Shown in pieces: positions 52,801-61,949 of a stretch of 64,000 bases of DNA; the stretch's first letter is position 1; each line of letters begins with the position of its first letter. The notes beneath the pieces are model-generated. The model saw only the letters and a list, made by a program, of their open reading frames with translations. It ran no database searches and was not told the origin of the DNA. Origin of the DNA: Podarcis muralis (Eukaryota); NCBI RefSeq assembly GCF_964188315.1, contig NC_135663.1:59830001-59894000 (forward strand), in the 5' to 3' direction. The position numbers and the translations under genes are program-made.

Positions 52801-53181
52801 CTGATATCTTCAATGAGGACTGCCTCCATGCCAAGTCTCCCTTTAGTGCAACGTTTCGAGGTCAAGTTGCGGAACAACTCAGATTTTATCTACCTTTATC
52901 TGTTTTTGATCAGATATTTACATATTACGTTTACATCTATAAAATTATTTTTATTAAGTTTGCAGTTCCTTACTTTCCCCCTTTTATTTGCAGGGTACAT
53001 GTAGTGTAAGCAAAATGGTTGCTGAGAAATAATTGTCATTCTAAGTAGACTACCTAGATGTACTAAAACTACGAAAGGTAAAACAAGGAATGACATTTTA
53101 TTCAGTTTGATATTTTCAGTTCCAGTTTTCAGGGCATTTCAGAATGTCTATAAGCTGCCCTTCAATATATTCTCTCTCTCT

Positions 53182-53229
<48 letters not shown>

Positions 53230-56200
53230 CTATGGAGGAAGTGCCCAAGACACATATAAAAGTAAAATCTTCACATTTGAGAAGAGATGCCCCCTGCAAT
53301 ACAAAGACTTCAATTCAACCAATTGTGCTTAAGTACCATTTAAATCAACAAGGCTTATAACCAGCTAGTTCTACTGATTACAAATGAGATTAAATGAGAC
53401 TAATTTTCTTGGATTTTAGCTATTGACTACAGAATTATCAAGAGCCTTCCAACAAGGCAAGTCAACAAATGGACAATTTTAAAAAGTGAACAGGCTTATC
53501 ACTTCAATATGATGTACTTAATGTACTTACCATGCTTGTTTAATGTATCTTGCTAAGCAGTGATCTGTACAGTATTTGCTTCTGATTAAAGAGCTTAGTC
53601 TGCCATACTCGCAGGGATCTTCAATAACCCATGGTCAGAACAATTATTTAGCCAGCTAAATAATGGTTCAACATTAAACAAGGTCCAGATAAGGACTTGT
53701 ATGTCTGGAATTTCCAGACGCATGGCAACCCTTGTCGTATTGTGCAACAACTCTGGGCAAAAGTAACAAAAAAAGCTCAACAACTCCCCCCCCCCCCCCA
53801 AAAAAAAGATGAGAATTACCTGAACAAACTGATATTCCTTGGTAGCTATTGATTAAGGAAGTATGCAAATTATAACACCACAAAATTATATTATATTTCT
53901 TGCATCTTAATTAATTAAGGATCCATATTAATATAAACTTACTTTTTTTCAAATCCATTTGCTGCACAGTAGATGGACTGGTAGGTTTCAGGATAGAAAA
54001 AGATGAATTCTTGTCTATGATCTTCACAGATGTGTCTGTGGACTGTAGAGTTTCGTCTCCTGTATTGGTTGATGACCAGGAGTTGTCTCCAGGAGTTTTG
54101 GTCAAAATCTTTTCACCTGTAGGACTAGTTTTCAGTGATGGGGTTTGTGAGGCAACCTGTGCAGCTCCCTTATGTATACTGAAGTTTTTATGTATTTGGT
54201 CAAGGTGAAATAACGGGTTTGTGGTCCAAGATGGTGGCTGTATTTTGTTCCCCATAGATGGAACAACATTTGAACGACCTTCAGTCATGTTTGGAAAAGG
54301 AGTACCAGCCATTTCAGTGTCACCATCAGGGTGAAGTAAGTCGCTTTCATTTGAATGTAAGCATTTTTTTCCCAACGCACCTGAATGGAAGGAAAAAATC
54401 ATAGAACATAAACCAGAGAACCTGACAAAATTCACTGAACAAGAATGAACATCCCATACACTACCTACTGGAAGAGATCCTGTAGGCAGTTGGAGTCTAT
54501 AGAATAGAAGGCAAGATAGGATAAGGGTTTTTTGTTTGTTTAATTCTAGGCATCAGTGTTTTGATTTTCCTTCCATTGTGTACATTGCCATCTGTATCTT
54601 TTAAAAGACACTTTGTAGCTCTATAGACAAATGTACTTCCCCCTTAATAACATTTAAAATGAACATATGGGGAAATAATATCTGGGATACAGCAATGTCT
54701 GAGCATCTCACCAGACACAGAAGGGCAATTAAAGGCATAACAAACAGAAATGTGGAAACGGATTTCCAAGAAATGTGGACCCTTTCTTTACTTATGTTAA
54801 TGACCAAAATCAAGACCTTGTTATATCAACTGCTCAATATTTTACATTAAGCAATATGTTTGAACATTGTTTATATCTAGAGTCAATTGATAGAACAAAC
54901 ACCATTCAATGTACTGCTGGATAAGTGCTTAATGGTTCTTGTATTTGTTTTTGTTTAAAAACCAATAGAAATTGTTTTTTAAAAAACATTTAAAATGCCA
55001 GACAGACATTGTTTGCTATGTAGAGCATTATGCAGTTTAAAGTTCAAACCTATAAATGACTTATTTGGGTTTCCATTTTCATATTCTAAATTATTTTCTT
55101 TCTTTTTTTCAAAAAATAAAATTGACATTCTCTAAAACATGGGGGTGAGGAGTGGTAAACCGTAGGGCAGTGCAAGTCATTCCCCAATTCAGTTCAGGTC
55201 TCAGTTTAGCAACTCTGCTCTGGTCCTTTTCTGACCCAGACCCTATTCAGGCCCTTAACTGAAATGGAGGCCTTGCACAGTCCTAATGTTTAAACAGGAT
55301 TTAAAGCCCCAATTAAACAACTCAGTCAGCATCAGGGGATAAGGGAAGGAAGAGACATGCAGGCAGAGACTGTAACCTGTACTTTCTCCTTCTCCCTCCC
55401 TTGCCGCCTGATCGCACCCTTCTGACAGCTCAAGATCACTCTAGGGGGATCCGAACCAGGGGGATCTAGGACCACCTTGACCCAGTCCAGACAAATACTA
55501 GATCGGCATGAATCAGCACAATTCTTACTGGAATCCAAGATTTGTCTGGAGCAGATGCACAACCCTAGAAAACAGGGCCCTGTGTGATTCCTCTGGGGCA
55601 AGCAGGTTCTGTTTTTAACCCACAAATGCTTTGTCCTTATAAGTATCTACTATGCATATTACATGAAAATGTGTGGTCAACATAAAAAATACAAATGGGG
55701 TTATGTGTATTTTAGTCTTGCCAGCTTCTCATAAACTTACAGCATATGTTTTATTTGTAAAGAAATTTCAACTGTATTGAGGATTTCTTAACTACAATCT
55801 CACCACAGCACACTACTTGATCCCATGGTAATTATCTTTATTTCTAAAACTGTGCAATTTATTTCTAAAAGCATGAGCTATTAATTACTTGTTCATATGT
55901 ATTTACTAAATTCTTCCTATCTTTCTTTTTATATTTCTTTTAATGTATGAGCCAACAAGACAGCCTGCATAAAATAAATGTGTCGATGTGGGTAATAAAA
56001 GTAACAAAAGTATAAAGTTTTTTTTAGTTGCAGAGCTCTCCTAACTACAGAAATCCAACATAAATTACTCCTATTCCAAACTCTGTATAGGAAGAATTGG
56101 ATTTACACTACCTTTTCGGTTGCCTAAGTTCCATTGGGTTGCTAAATCACATGACTAAGCTGAAAGGTGTTGGAATAGGATTCTCATTGCCCCACCCAAC

Positions 56201-57839
56201 TCATATCAGGCCCCCTGAACACCTCCCCCCCTTTGGGGACTTACACCCATATAAGTTACATCAGCTTAAGTTCCACAGTCTGAGACAGGGTGCGGGACTT
56301 ATGCCATCATAGACCCAGCTCAGCCCTGACTCAGCTGGGAAAGCCCAGCACATGTCAAATCAAAACTTCCTCATCCCAGTGGATCTTGGGTTTGGATTAT
56401 TTTATTCCTAGAAATACACTTTGAATATCATGTTTCTACTTTGTTAGCTTACTTGATCTTAATTCCCTTCAGTCTGTTCTCTATTTAAAGACGGATCCCT
56501 AGACTCAGTTATCAGACAATTCAGTCTGATGCCCACCAATCACAGAATCAGAGTTGGAAGGGACCACGAGGGTCATCCAGTCCAACCCCCGGCAATGCAG
56601 GATTCTTTTGCTCATCTAAACAAATACAAAATGCAGAGGCTATAAAAATGTTTTATTGCAAATCATCTCCTGAGGTCCAAACAGAGTAAGCAAAATGTTC
56701 TCCTGACCTTTGGCAGAGGTAATAGCGTGATCAAAATGTGCCATTTCCCCCCCATTCATGCTTACTTGAATGTGTGGGAGTTTTCCCACTAATTTCAATG
56801 GGATCAAAGGATTCTATTGAAGGGTCTTCTTTTATTTGTGTGGTACTTTTTCAGTCCCTGAGAAGGCCCTTTGCCTGGTTCCCTGTAACTTGGCTTCTCG
56901 CAGCGAGGGAACCACCAGAAGGCCCTCAGCATTGGACCTCAGTGTCCAGGCAGAACGATGGGGGTGGAGACGCTCCTTCGGGTATACAGGACCAAGGCCA
57001 TTTAGGCTTTTAAAGGTCAGCACCAACACTTTGAATTGTGCCCAGAAACGTACTGGGATGTGAAGTCAAACTGATGTGTTAGCAACACTGAAATGACCTC
57101 CCCAGGGCACAAGCCTGGACAGTGTGTATGGAGGTCCTGGGCTGCCCTGAAAACAAGACACACGCTCCTTTGGCCTTGCTGATGTGACCCAAAGGAAAGC
57201 AGAGCAATACGTTTAGCACCAGCTTGGCTGCAGGAGTTGCCAGAAAGAAGCGTACCTGGTGCCATCAAACCGTCTTAGGGACTCCACTCTGGATTTGTGT
57301 AGGGTCTACTCCTTAGCCTTTTCTTCTCCCAAAGTTATCCCACAAGGCAGTGGAGATTTAGGATCAGACCTTTTCTTCTCCTAAATGGGCTACCTTCCCA
57401 GATTGGTGAACTTTAATGCAGGATTCTCATGAACATTAAAGCTCAGACCTTAGTGCAAGCATAGGTGGTTATCAAGTGACCCATGGGTCAGAGATATGGA
57501 ACCCCAAAATGTGCTCACCATACAACTATTAATGCAGTATTCCTCTTGCCTACCAAGAGAAGAAAATAATAACTGAACATCTTTTCTCTTAAATTACAGA
57601 ATGCTATCAGTGCTACTTTACATTATTAAGTTAAATTACTAGCAAGGTTCGTTGCACTGATCTTTTTGTCCTTGCATATGAATTTTGTACTTACCGACAA
57701 ATGTAAGAAGGATCACCAGCAAAAGTATAAGAGCACAAATGCATGGAATCAATATTAGCAACAAGAGTCGAAGGTACTTGGCAGAGACAAGTTTCTGAGA
57801 GCAACCATCCTCCATGTTATCTTCATCTGTTACAGGGGC
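2459..57839 (-). CDS. CORIN: Corin (atrial natriuretic peptide-converting enzyme), partial multi-exon gene span, exons 2-13
   Basis: Twelve exons splice in frame via GT-AG and give the corin domain order TM-Fz1-LDLRa1-5-Fz2-LDLRa6, with near-identity to recalled human corin in the Fz and LDLR segments. Confidence 0.98.
3003..3148 (-). CDS. CORIN: CORIN exon 12 (146 nt): Frizzled-2 CRD, C-terminal part
   Basis: CTTTTCAG|A acceptor, AG|GTTACT donor; (R)[48 protein letters not shown]. Confidence 0.96.
3860..4840 (+). mobile_element. L2-type LINE, degraded RT-region fragment
   Basis: Motifs caggcactcttggatg, ttttggcactgagaccaccttgg and cagcttttaatgacataaaccacagtatccttctgg resemble squamate L2 ORF2; many stops and indels; boundaries approximate. 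Confidence 0.6.
5066..5335. mobile_element. Tc1/mariner-type MITE
   Basis: TA|cagtggtacctctggttgcg ... cgcaagaagaggtataactg|TA; imperfect TIRs with TA TSD. Confidence 0.75.
5790..6030 (-). mobile_element. CR1 LINE 3' fragment, old
   Basis: ccatctaatctagcatcctgtttctgacag and ctaaaggccattga motifs resemble the reverse strand of squamate CR1 3' ends. Confidence 0.5.
6215..6446 (-). CDS. CORIN: CORIN exon 11 (232 nt): Frizzled-2 CRD, N-terminal part
   Basis: TTTAACAG|GT acceptor, AG|GTAACA donor; (S)[76 protein letters not shown]. Confidence 0.97.
8548..8655 (-). CDS. CORIN: CORIN exon 10 (108 nt): degenerate LDLR-A repeat 5 (not in ORF track)
   Basis: GTTCTTCCAG|GT acceptor, A|GTGAGT donor; (G)[35 protein letters not shown] has the same Cys spacing as human QTSCQEGDQRCLYNPCLDSCGGSSLCDPNNSLNNC. 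Confidence 0.94.
10652..11010 (+). mobile_element. Sauria SINE, full length (copy A)
   Basis: tRNA-derived head gggtggcgctgtggg...ggttcgaatcc and (ACCTTT)n tail; about 95% identical to the reverse complement of the copy at 13512-13868. Confidence 0.93.
10660..10724 (+). promoter_or_regulatory. Internal Pol III promoter (A box and B box) of Sauria SINE copy A
   Basis: A-box-like TGGCGCTGTGG at 10660-10670 and B box GGTTCGAATCC at 10714-10724. Activity not shown. Confidence 0.6.
11070..11294 (+). mobile_element. Tc1/mariner (Tigger-like) MITE, copy 1
   Basis: TA|tagtggtacctcgggtta ... taacctgaggtaccactg|TA; near-identical to 22132-22356 and, inverted, to 33437-33678. Confidence 0.88.
12585..12707 (-). 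CDS. CORIN: CORIN exon 9 (123 nt): LDLR-A repeat 4 (not in ORF track)
   Basis: TTTCCCCCCAG|CA acceptor, G|GTATGC donor; (S)[40 protein letters not shown]. Confidence 0.95.
13097..13207 (-). CDS. CORIN: CORIN exon 8 (111 nt): LDLR-A repeat 3
   Basis: TTCTAATAAAG|AC acceptor (weak, AAG), T|GTAAGT donor; (D)[36 protein letters not shown]. Confidence 0.96.
13512..13868 (-). mobile_element. Sauria SINE, full length (copy B)
   Basis: aaggtaaaggtacccc tail and cagcgccacccacgtccc head; 12-bp TSD tttgaggccata at 13500-13511 and 13903-13914. Confidence 0.93.
16285..16800 (+). mobile_element. L2-type LINE 3' end with (ATT)n tail
   Basis: ccagggccttttc, ggcctgtaagacagagttgttccgcctggcc and gctgccctgagcc...ggtataaataaaat, followed by (ATT)n at 16750-16800. 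Confidence 0.75.
17689..17796 (-). CDS. CORIN: CORIN exon 7 (108 nt): LDLR-A repeat 2 (not in ORF track)
   Basis: TGTTTTTCAG|AC acceptor, G|GTAAAT donor; manual translation (N)[35 protein letters not shown]. Confidence 0.96.
19468..19687. mobile_element. PIF/Harbinger-type MITE
   Basis: TTA|gggctcgtccac ... gtggataagccc|TTA; 12-bp TIR with 10/12 match and a 3-bp TTA TSD. Confidence 0.7.
21402..21515 (-). CDS. CORIN: CORIN exon 6 (114 nt): LDLR-A repeat 1
   Basis: TTTCAG|TG acceptor, A|GTACGT donor; (L)[37 protein letters not shown]. Confidence 0.97.
22132..22356 (+). mobile_element. Tc1/mariner (Tigger-like) MITE, copy 2
   Basis: TA|cagtggtacctcgggtta ... taacccgaggtaccactg|TG; perfect 18-bp TIR. 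Confidence 0.88.
25605..25820 (+). mobile_element. Sauria SINE, 5'-truncated, divergent subfamily
   Basis: gaagcggtttagtcatgctggccacatgacccagaaag ... ttttacctttac tail; similar to 51886-52057. Confidence 0.75.
25887..26137 (-). mobile_element. Squam3-like tRNA-derived SINE, full length
   Basis: Reverse strand begins AGCCAGTGTGGTGTAGTGG (A box) and GGTTCGATTCC (B box), has a CORE-like GGGTGACCTTGGGCTAGTCAC, and ends in a (CTC/CTT)n tail. Family name from recall. Confidence 0.8.
26317..26543. mobile_element. Penelope-like retroelement remnant with inverted pseudo-LTR
   Basis: cagataggtagccgtgttggtc start resembles reptile Penelope ends; perfect 81-bp inverted arms at 26347-26427 and 26458-26538. 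Confidence 0.75.
26447..26480 (+). ncRNA. Minimal type I hammerhead ribozyme core, Penelope-associated, probably inactive
   Basis: CTGAAGA-A-GTGTG(CATG)CACAC-GAAA-GC-TC-ATAC. All conserved core nucleotides are present, but the stem I 5' strand (AGTT) does not pair with ATAC. Confidence 0.6.
26988..27420 (-). mobile_element. L2-type LINE 3' fragment with microsatellite tail
   Basis: ttttatttgtatgctgcc and ctcaaggtggcttacaat resemble a reverse L2 3' end; tail (TACA)n(TGCA)n at 26993-27025. Confidence 0.55.
33102..33283 (-). CDS. CORIN: CORIN exon 5 (182 nt): Frizzled-1 CRD, C-terminal part
   Basis: TTTCTTTCTAG|T acceptor, T|GTAAGT donor; (S)[60 protein letters not shown]. Confidence 0.97.
33437..33678 (-). 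mobile_element. Tc1/mariner (Tigger-like) MITE, copy 3, inverted relative to copies 1 and 2
   Basis: TA|cagtggtacctcaggtta ... taacccgaggtaccactg|TA; interior is the reverse complement of 22132-22356. Confidence 0.88.
37575..37710. mobile_element. hAT-type palindromic MITE with 8-bp TSD
   Basis: ccctaaag at 37567-37574 and 37711-37718; about 58-bp inverted arms (caatgatggccaaacttgg...ccaagtttggccatcacta). Confidence 0.85.
41700..42030 (-). mobile_element. Probable L2-type ORF2 remnant
   Basis: GC-richer degenerate coding-like segment (ccaccaggctgccagtagg, ccagcccatg); family assignment is weak. Confidence 0.35.
42048..42070 (+). mobile_element. Penelope-like end fragment
   Basis: caggtaggtagccgtgttggtc matches cagataggtagccgtgttggtc at 26317. 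Confidence 0.55.
42932..42968 (-). mobile_element. Sauria SINE 3' tail only (about 37 bp)
   Basis: aaggtaaagggacccctgaccattaggtccagt is identical to the tail of the copy at 62957. Confidence 0.8.
45813..46023 (-). CDS. CORIN: CORIN exon 4 (211 nt): Frizzled-1 CRD, N-terminal part
   Basis: TTCACAG|GT acceptor, AG|GTATTT donor; [69 protein letters not shown]. Confidence 0.97.
46340..46860 (-). mobile_element. CR1 LINE fragment, old
   Basis: tttttctaaactaaaaagttcc, ttccacactatg and ttcattgg motifs resemble reverse CR1 ORF2 3' region; boundaries approximate. Confidence 0.45.
48869..49234 (-). mobile_element. Sauria SINE, full length (copy C)
   Basis: ggtaaaggtaaaggtacccc tail and gccacctgcgtccc head; 13-bp TSD gttctcaggatta at 48856-48868 and 49253-49265. 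Confidence 0.92.
49447..49583. mobile_element. hAT-like MITE
   Basis: agtgctatattttctagaaaaa ... ggaaaaaagccctg termini; repeated gaggtgc(t/c)(g/a)gaac subterminal motifs; no clear TSD. Confidence 0.6.
51048..51360. mobile_element. Tc1/mariner-type MITE with internal minisatellite
   Basis: TA|cagtggtgccccgcaagacgaa ... ttcgtcttgcgaggcaccactg|TA; internal (gccgctaa/gccgttaata)n at about 51211-51281. Confidence 0.85.
51886..52057 (+). mobile_element. Sauria SINE, 5'-truncated, with long TSD
   Basis: Tail ctttaccttttacctta; flanking direct repeat cctatggctactcttctt (18 bp exact, 27 bp with 2 mismatches) at 51844 and 52058. Confidence 0.8.
52585..52612. repeat. (TATG)n microsatellite
   Basis: About 7 perfect units. 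Confidence 0.9.
53171..53226. repeat. Compound (TC)n(CA)n microsatellite
   Basis: Direct reading of the sequence. Confidence 0.92.
53943..54380 (-). CDS. CORIN: CORIN exon 3 long form (438 nt): extracellular stalk; alternative short form 54180-54380 (201 nt)
   Basis: TTCCATTCAG|GT acceptor at 54380; open frame to a consensus A|GTAAGT donor at 53942; phase 1-1. [16 protein letters not shown] aligns to human VPAWTTDA..DQSHRNTS. The acceptor is well supported; which donor is used is inferred. Confidence 0.85.
56539..56605 (-). mobile_element. CR1 LINE extreme 3' end
   Basis: atcacagaatcagagttggaagggacc...ggtcatccagtccaacccc resembles the reverse complement of CR1 3' ends. Confidence 0.75.
56850..57420 (-). 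mobile_element. L2-type LINE fragment(s)
   Basis: gaaggccctttgcctgg, ccaaggccatttaggcttttaaaggtcagcaccaacactttgaattgtgcccagaaacgtactgg; [24 protein letters not shown] resembles the L2 ORF2 C-terminus. Confidence 0.7.
57695..57839 (-). CDS. CORIN: CORIN exon 2 (145 nt): cytoplasmic tail and type II TM anchor
   Basis: TTTCAG|GCC acceptor, G|GTAAGT donor; [48 protein letters not shown](G) matches human [38 protein letters not shown]. Confidence 0.97.
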
Positions 57840-59394
57840 CTGAAACACAGAGAAGGCTAGTTTTTAAATTTCTAACATAAAAGTTGCATCTAAATATGGC
57901 TACTCCATGACATAATAGTGACACTAAAGCAAAATATACTCAACAGAATATATTTATTAAATAAATTTATGATGCATTTGTGATGATTGGACAACATGCT
58001 CTTATAAGGAAACACATGTCTGGAATGCTTTGAAGGCTGTGAGAGGGAAAATATTTTTCTGGAAACACAAAAAAATCTATATATTGAGGGGCTCAAAAGC
58101 CAAATAGCTGTCCTAAAAGATTTAGAAGTGCTAATATAAAATACATTTTCCTTTTTAAAAAGAGTCTATATTTTTTGTTTTTCCTAGGATTGTAGGGCAA
58201 ATGCTCAACCTTTTACAAGGTGTTTATTAGAATAGCAAGATTATTAATCCCAGATGGTGGGGTCTCTGCTGAATACAACTCCTCAAATTATACAATTTCT
58301 GACGCAGGAACAACAAGAACATTAAAACAAATTTATTTTGTACTAGCTGGAGGCAAACAGCGATGGGATAAAAAGAGGGCACATTTACCCACTGCCAAAA
58401 CAATGCCCAATATATGGAGGCCTTCTTTGGGAGACAAATTCTATGTAATAAGGACAATATCTCTCATAAAATCTAATATAAAAGACTCTTATAAAAGTCA
58501 ACAATACTGACTCAAGTTACATGGTTCATTCTAATGTATATACAGTGGTTTTCACAGACTCCAGCCATCCACCAACCAAACCTGGGCAGTGAGTATTCCT
58601 TCATCCTTAAAAACCAATTCCTCTTCCCTAACCTAATATTATCCCCCTCCTCCTTACCACCCACAAAATCTGGGCATTTCTCCCAGTCCAGTAAATCAAC
58701 TTGCTATCATGTCCTCACAACAAGGCTTCATGTGGTTCTGTTGATTTAGAATGTGCGGATTTAGCCCAGGTTTTGAAGATGATTTCATTGTTTTGGTTTG
58801 TCCAGTACAATGGAAACAGTGAATGAATGACAAGAATTGTATTGGAGTCTTCCTTGAAGAATTGGAAAGGATATTCAGAAGCTCAACATAGTTATTGGTG
58901 AACATTAGGGCTTAGTAAACTCTGCTGTTGTTTTCTTAAATTTCAAACATTGTTGTATAGCTTCAGTAAAAACCACAAAGGATAAATAATTTTTGTTCTT
59001 TGGCATTCTTATGAACTGAAATATCTATGATGGACAAGCATTAATCCTTGCATTAAACATTTGCTTTGAAAAAAATGAGTAAAGACAAAATGCTCAGAAA
59101 GAAAGAAATAACTTGGAACAGAAGTTCCATTATTTTCTCTGTTGCATTATAAAACATAATGCAGAGTTAAAAGAGTACTCCAATTTTTTCATTTTTTAAA
59201 CAAATCCTATTACAGGATATCATTTTTATTAATAACCTATATAATAAATGTGGCTAATATTTAGGGGGTGAAATAGTTCTGAAAATAGTGTGAATTCCAA
59301 AGCCATGAGTACAAAATGAGGGAGACTATACTGAGGGAGCAGTATGTGTATGGAAGCAAGCTATTAAGACCGATTTCCTTGTGAGCCTGGTCTG

Positions 59395-60730
59395 GTTGAC
59401 AAAAATGCAATGTTGTTTCAAAACAATTATGTGAAAATATGGAATACTGTTAAAGTGGATTTACAGAGATGGAGAAGAATGCATCTGTCCCTCATGGGTA
59501 GAATTTCGGTGGTAAAGAAGAATGTATTACCTAAAATGTTGTTCCCCTTTCAGACTGTGGCAGTAATCAATTCAGTAATATGTTTTAAACAATGGCAAAC
59601 AGACATTACTACAATTATTTGACAAGGGAAGAGACAATAATAAGTTTCAATAATTTAACAAATGTAAAAGAAAGAGAAGGCTTAACCTTACCAAATTTAA
59701 AATTGCAGCATGAAGCAGAGTGTTTAACTTGGTTAAAAGAGTGGGTAACATTAATGAAGATTAGATTACTGGATTTGGGAGGAATTGATAGAAGATATGG
59801 GTGGCATTCCTATTTGTGGCATGACAAAGTCGAAGTACATAAAGACTTTCTTAATCATTATATAAGGAGTCTGTTGGGGGTGTGGAGGAGGAATAAAAAT
59901 CTTCTGGAACACAAAAAAACACCTATGGATATCACCAATAGAGGCCTGTGAGCATTAAAAAAAATGATTACGTTGGCAAAAGATGTTGGACACAATATAG
60001 ATATTGCTACCTGCGAAAAGCTTCGGAAAACATGTATGAAATTTGCAACATGTTATAGCTTGAAAGATGATGTACAGGTGGAATTTAACACCAAAGAAGC
60101 TAGCTTGATTGTAGAAGAATGTATCAAACAAGTGTAAGAATTGAAAGGGGTCATTCTATCACATGAGGTTGACCTGCATGGAGGCCGGCCACAGCCTTTT
60201 GGGCCATGATATATAATAGGGGGAAAATTCAAACTGACCTTTCTCAAGAAAGCCTTCCTGCTGGGGATACTGGAAAGTGAAATTCCAAAGAAAGCTTAAA
60301 CTATATTTATCTATGTATCCACTGTGGTAAGGAATCTCTATGCACAGAAGGATGAGAGAATACCCTCAAAAGAAGAATGGCTGGTGAAAACCTTGGAATA
60401 TACAGAGATGGCAAAACTGACGGCACTGATAAGAGACACAATAAACAGAATCCTTTAAAGAGGACTGGAAACCCTTAAAAAAATGATTTTCCATAGGTGA
60501 AGTACACAGCAGGGGTTGAAGATTAAGAAAAAATAGCAGAACATATTGAGAAACCTGTTAAAGAGGATGAAACTGGATATGGTGGAATTATAAAATGCCA
60601 TTGTCTATAATCTTGAATATAAGCATTGATGATCGGTGAGTGGGAAGTCATTAATATGTAGAACTTAATATAAGTGTTGAGTAACAAAATGTAACTTTTA
60701 AGCTTGAAATAAATATATATATATCAATAG
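59395..60730 (+). mobile_element. L1-clade LINE, degraded ORF2 C-terminal part and 3' UTR
   Basis: Frameshifted ORFs containing W..MHLSLMGRISVVKKNVLPKMLFPFQ and EREGLTLPNLKL, which match non-mammalian L1 post-RT motifs. Confidence 0.75.
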
Positions 60731-60852
60731 AAAAAAGAGATAAATGCATGGTGATTTGAGGTGTCCAGATGTTATTTTTACTGCATGGGGGGGTGCACAC
60801 TTCCATCTGCATTGCAATACTGATGAGAATGTGCATCTCTAATCATTGCCTC

Positions 60853-61285
60853 TAGTGATGTATGGAAGTGAGAGCTGGACCATCAAGAAGGCTGATCGCC
60901 GAAGAATTGATGCTTTTGAATTATGGTGCTGGAGAAGACTCTTGAGAGTCCCATGGACTGCAAGAAGATCAAACGCATCCATTCTTAAGGAAATCAGCCC
61001 TGAGTGCTCACTGGAAGGACAGATCGTGAAGCTGAGGCTCCAGTACTTTGGCCACCTCATGAGAAGAGAAGACTCCCTGGAGAAGACACTGATGCTGGGA
61101 AAGATGGAGGGCACAAGGAGAAGGGGGCGACAGAGGACGAGATGGTTGGATAGTGTTTTCGAGGTTACCAGCATGAGTCTGACCAAACTGCGGGAAGTAG
61201 TGGAGGACAGAGGTGCCTGGCGTGCTCTGGTCCATGGGGTCACGAAGAGTCGGACACGACTAAACGACTAAACAACAACAACAAC
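60853..61285 (+). mobile_element. BovB (RTE-clade) LINE, 5'-truncated, young
   Basis: Uninterrupted ORF YGSESWTIKKADRRRIDAFELWCWRRLLRVPWTARRSN...HGVTKSRTRLND*, (CAA)n tail, and 12-bp TSD aatcattgcctc at 60841-60852 and 61286-61297. Confidence 0.95.
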
Positions 61286-61949
61286 AATCATTGCCTCAGG
61301 CTGCAAATGCAGTATTGCATGCTGTTGTATGTAGACTAAAATCCTAAAGTATAACCTGGATATAATAACCTACTTGGCGATGTTGTTCCACTTTTTTCCA
61401 GTATGTGGAATATATGAATAATTCTGTCCTCTCTTTATTTAAGAAAAACCTTACAAATTGTAATTGCCCAGAAAATGGCAGATATTTCTAAAAGGGACAA
61501 AGTATATTTTCACTTTTGGCATTAGCAAAATCACAGAAAGAAGCTGTCCCAAAATGTTGCTGTTTCCTAAATCATCATTTCAATAAGTAAGTCCTCATTT
61601 ATAAACAACATGTTATGTTTGTTATGAGAATGTAATTAGTACCATGTTGATAAATTAAACAAGAAATATGTCTTTGTACAGTTGAAAATAACTGAGGAAA
61701 TTCTATATGACAAGCTGGTTTTCACATACTGCTATTGTTATCTTTACATCTGTTATTAATAATTCCATTCATTTCAAGCTTTTCGTTTAAAAATATAAAC
61801 AGATGTGTAAACAGTTAACCTTTTATAATCTGCTGAGATTAAGAGAATTAAGAAAATGTAAGTGCAATGATTAGCAACTGGCAGTCCTGGTGCAAAACAC
61901 TGAGATTATCATCTAGTCTCCAGTTCAGTGAAGTATATAGTGACAGGTG

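Noticed and set aside
60839-61243. 134-aa minus-strand ORF
   Set aside because: It is the antisense shadow of the BovB ORF2 fragment.
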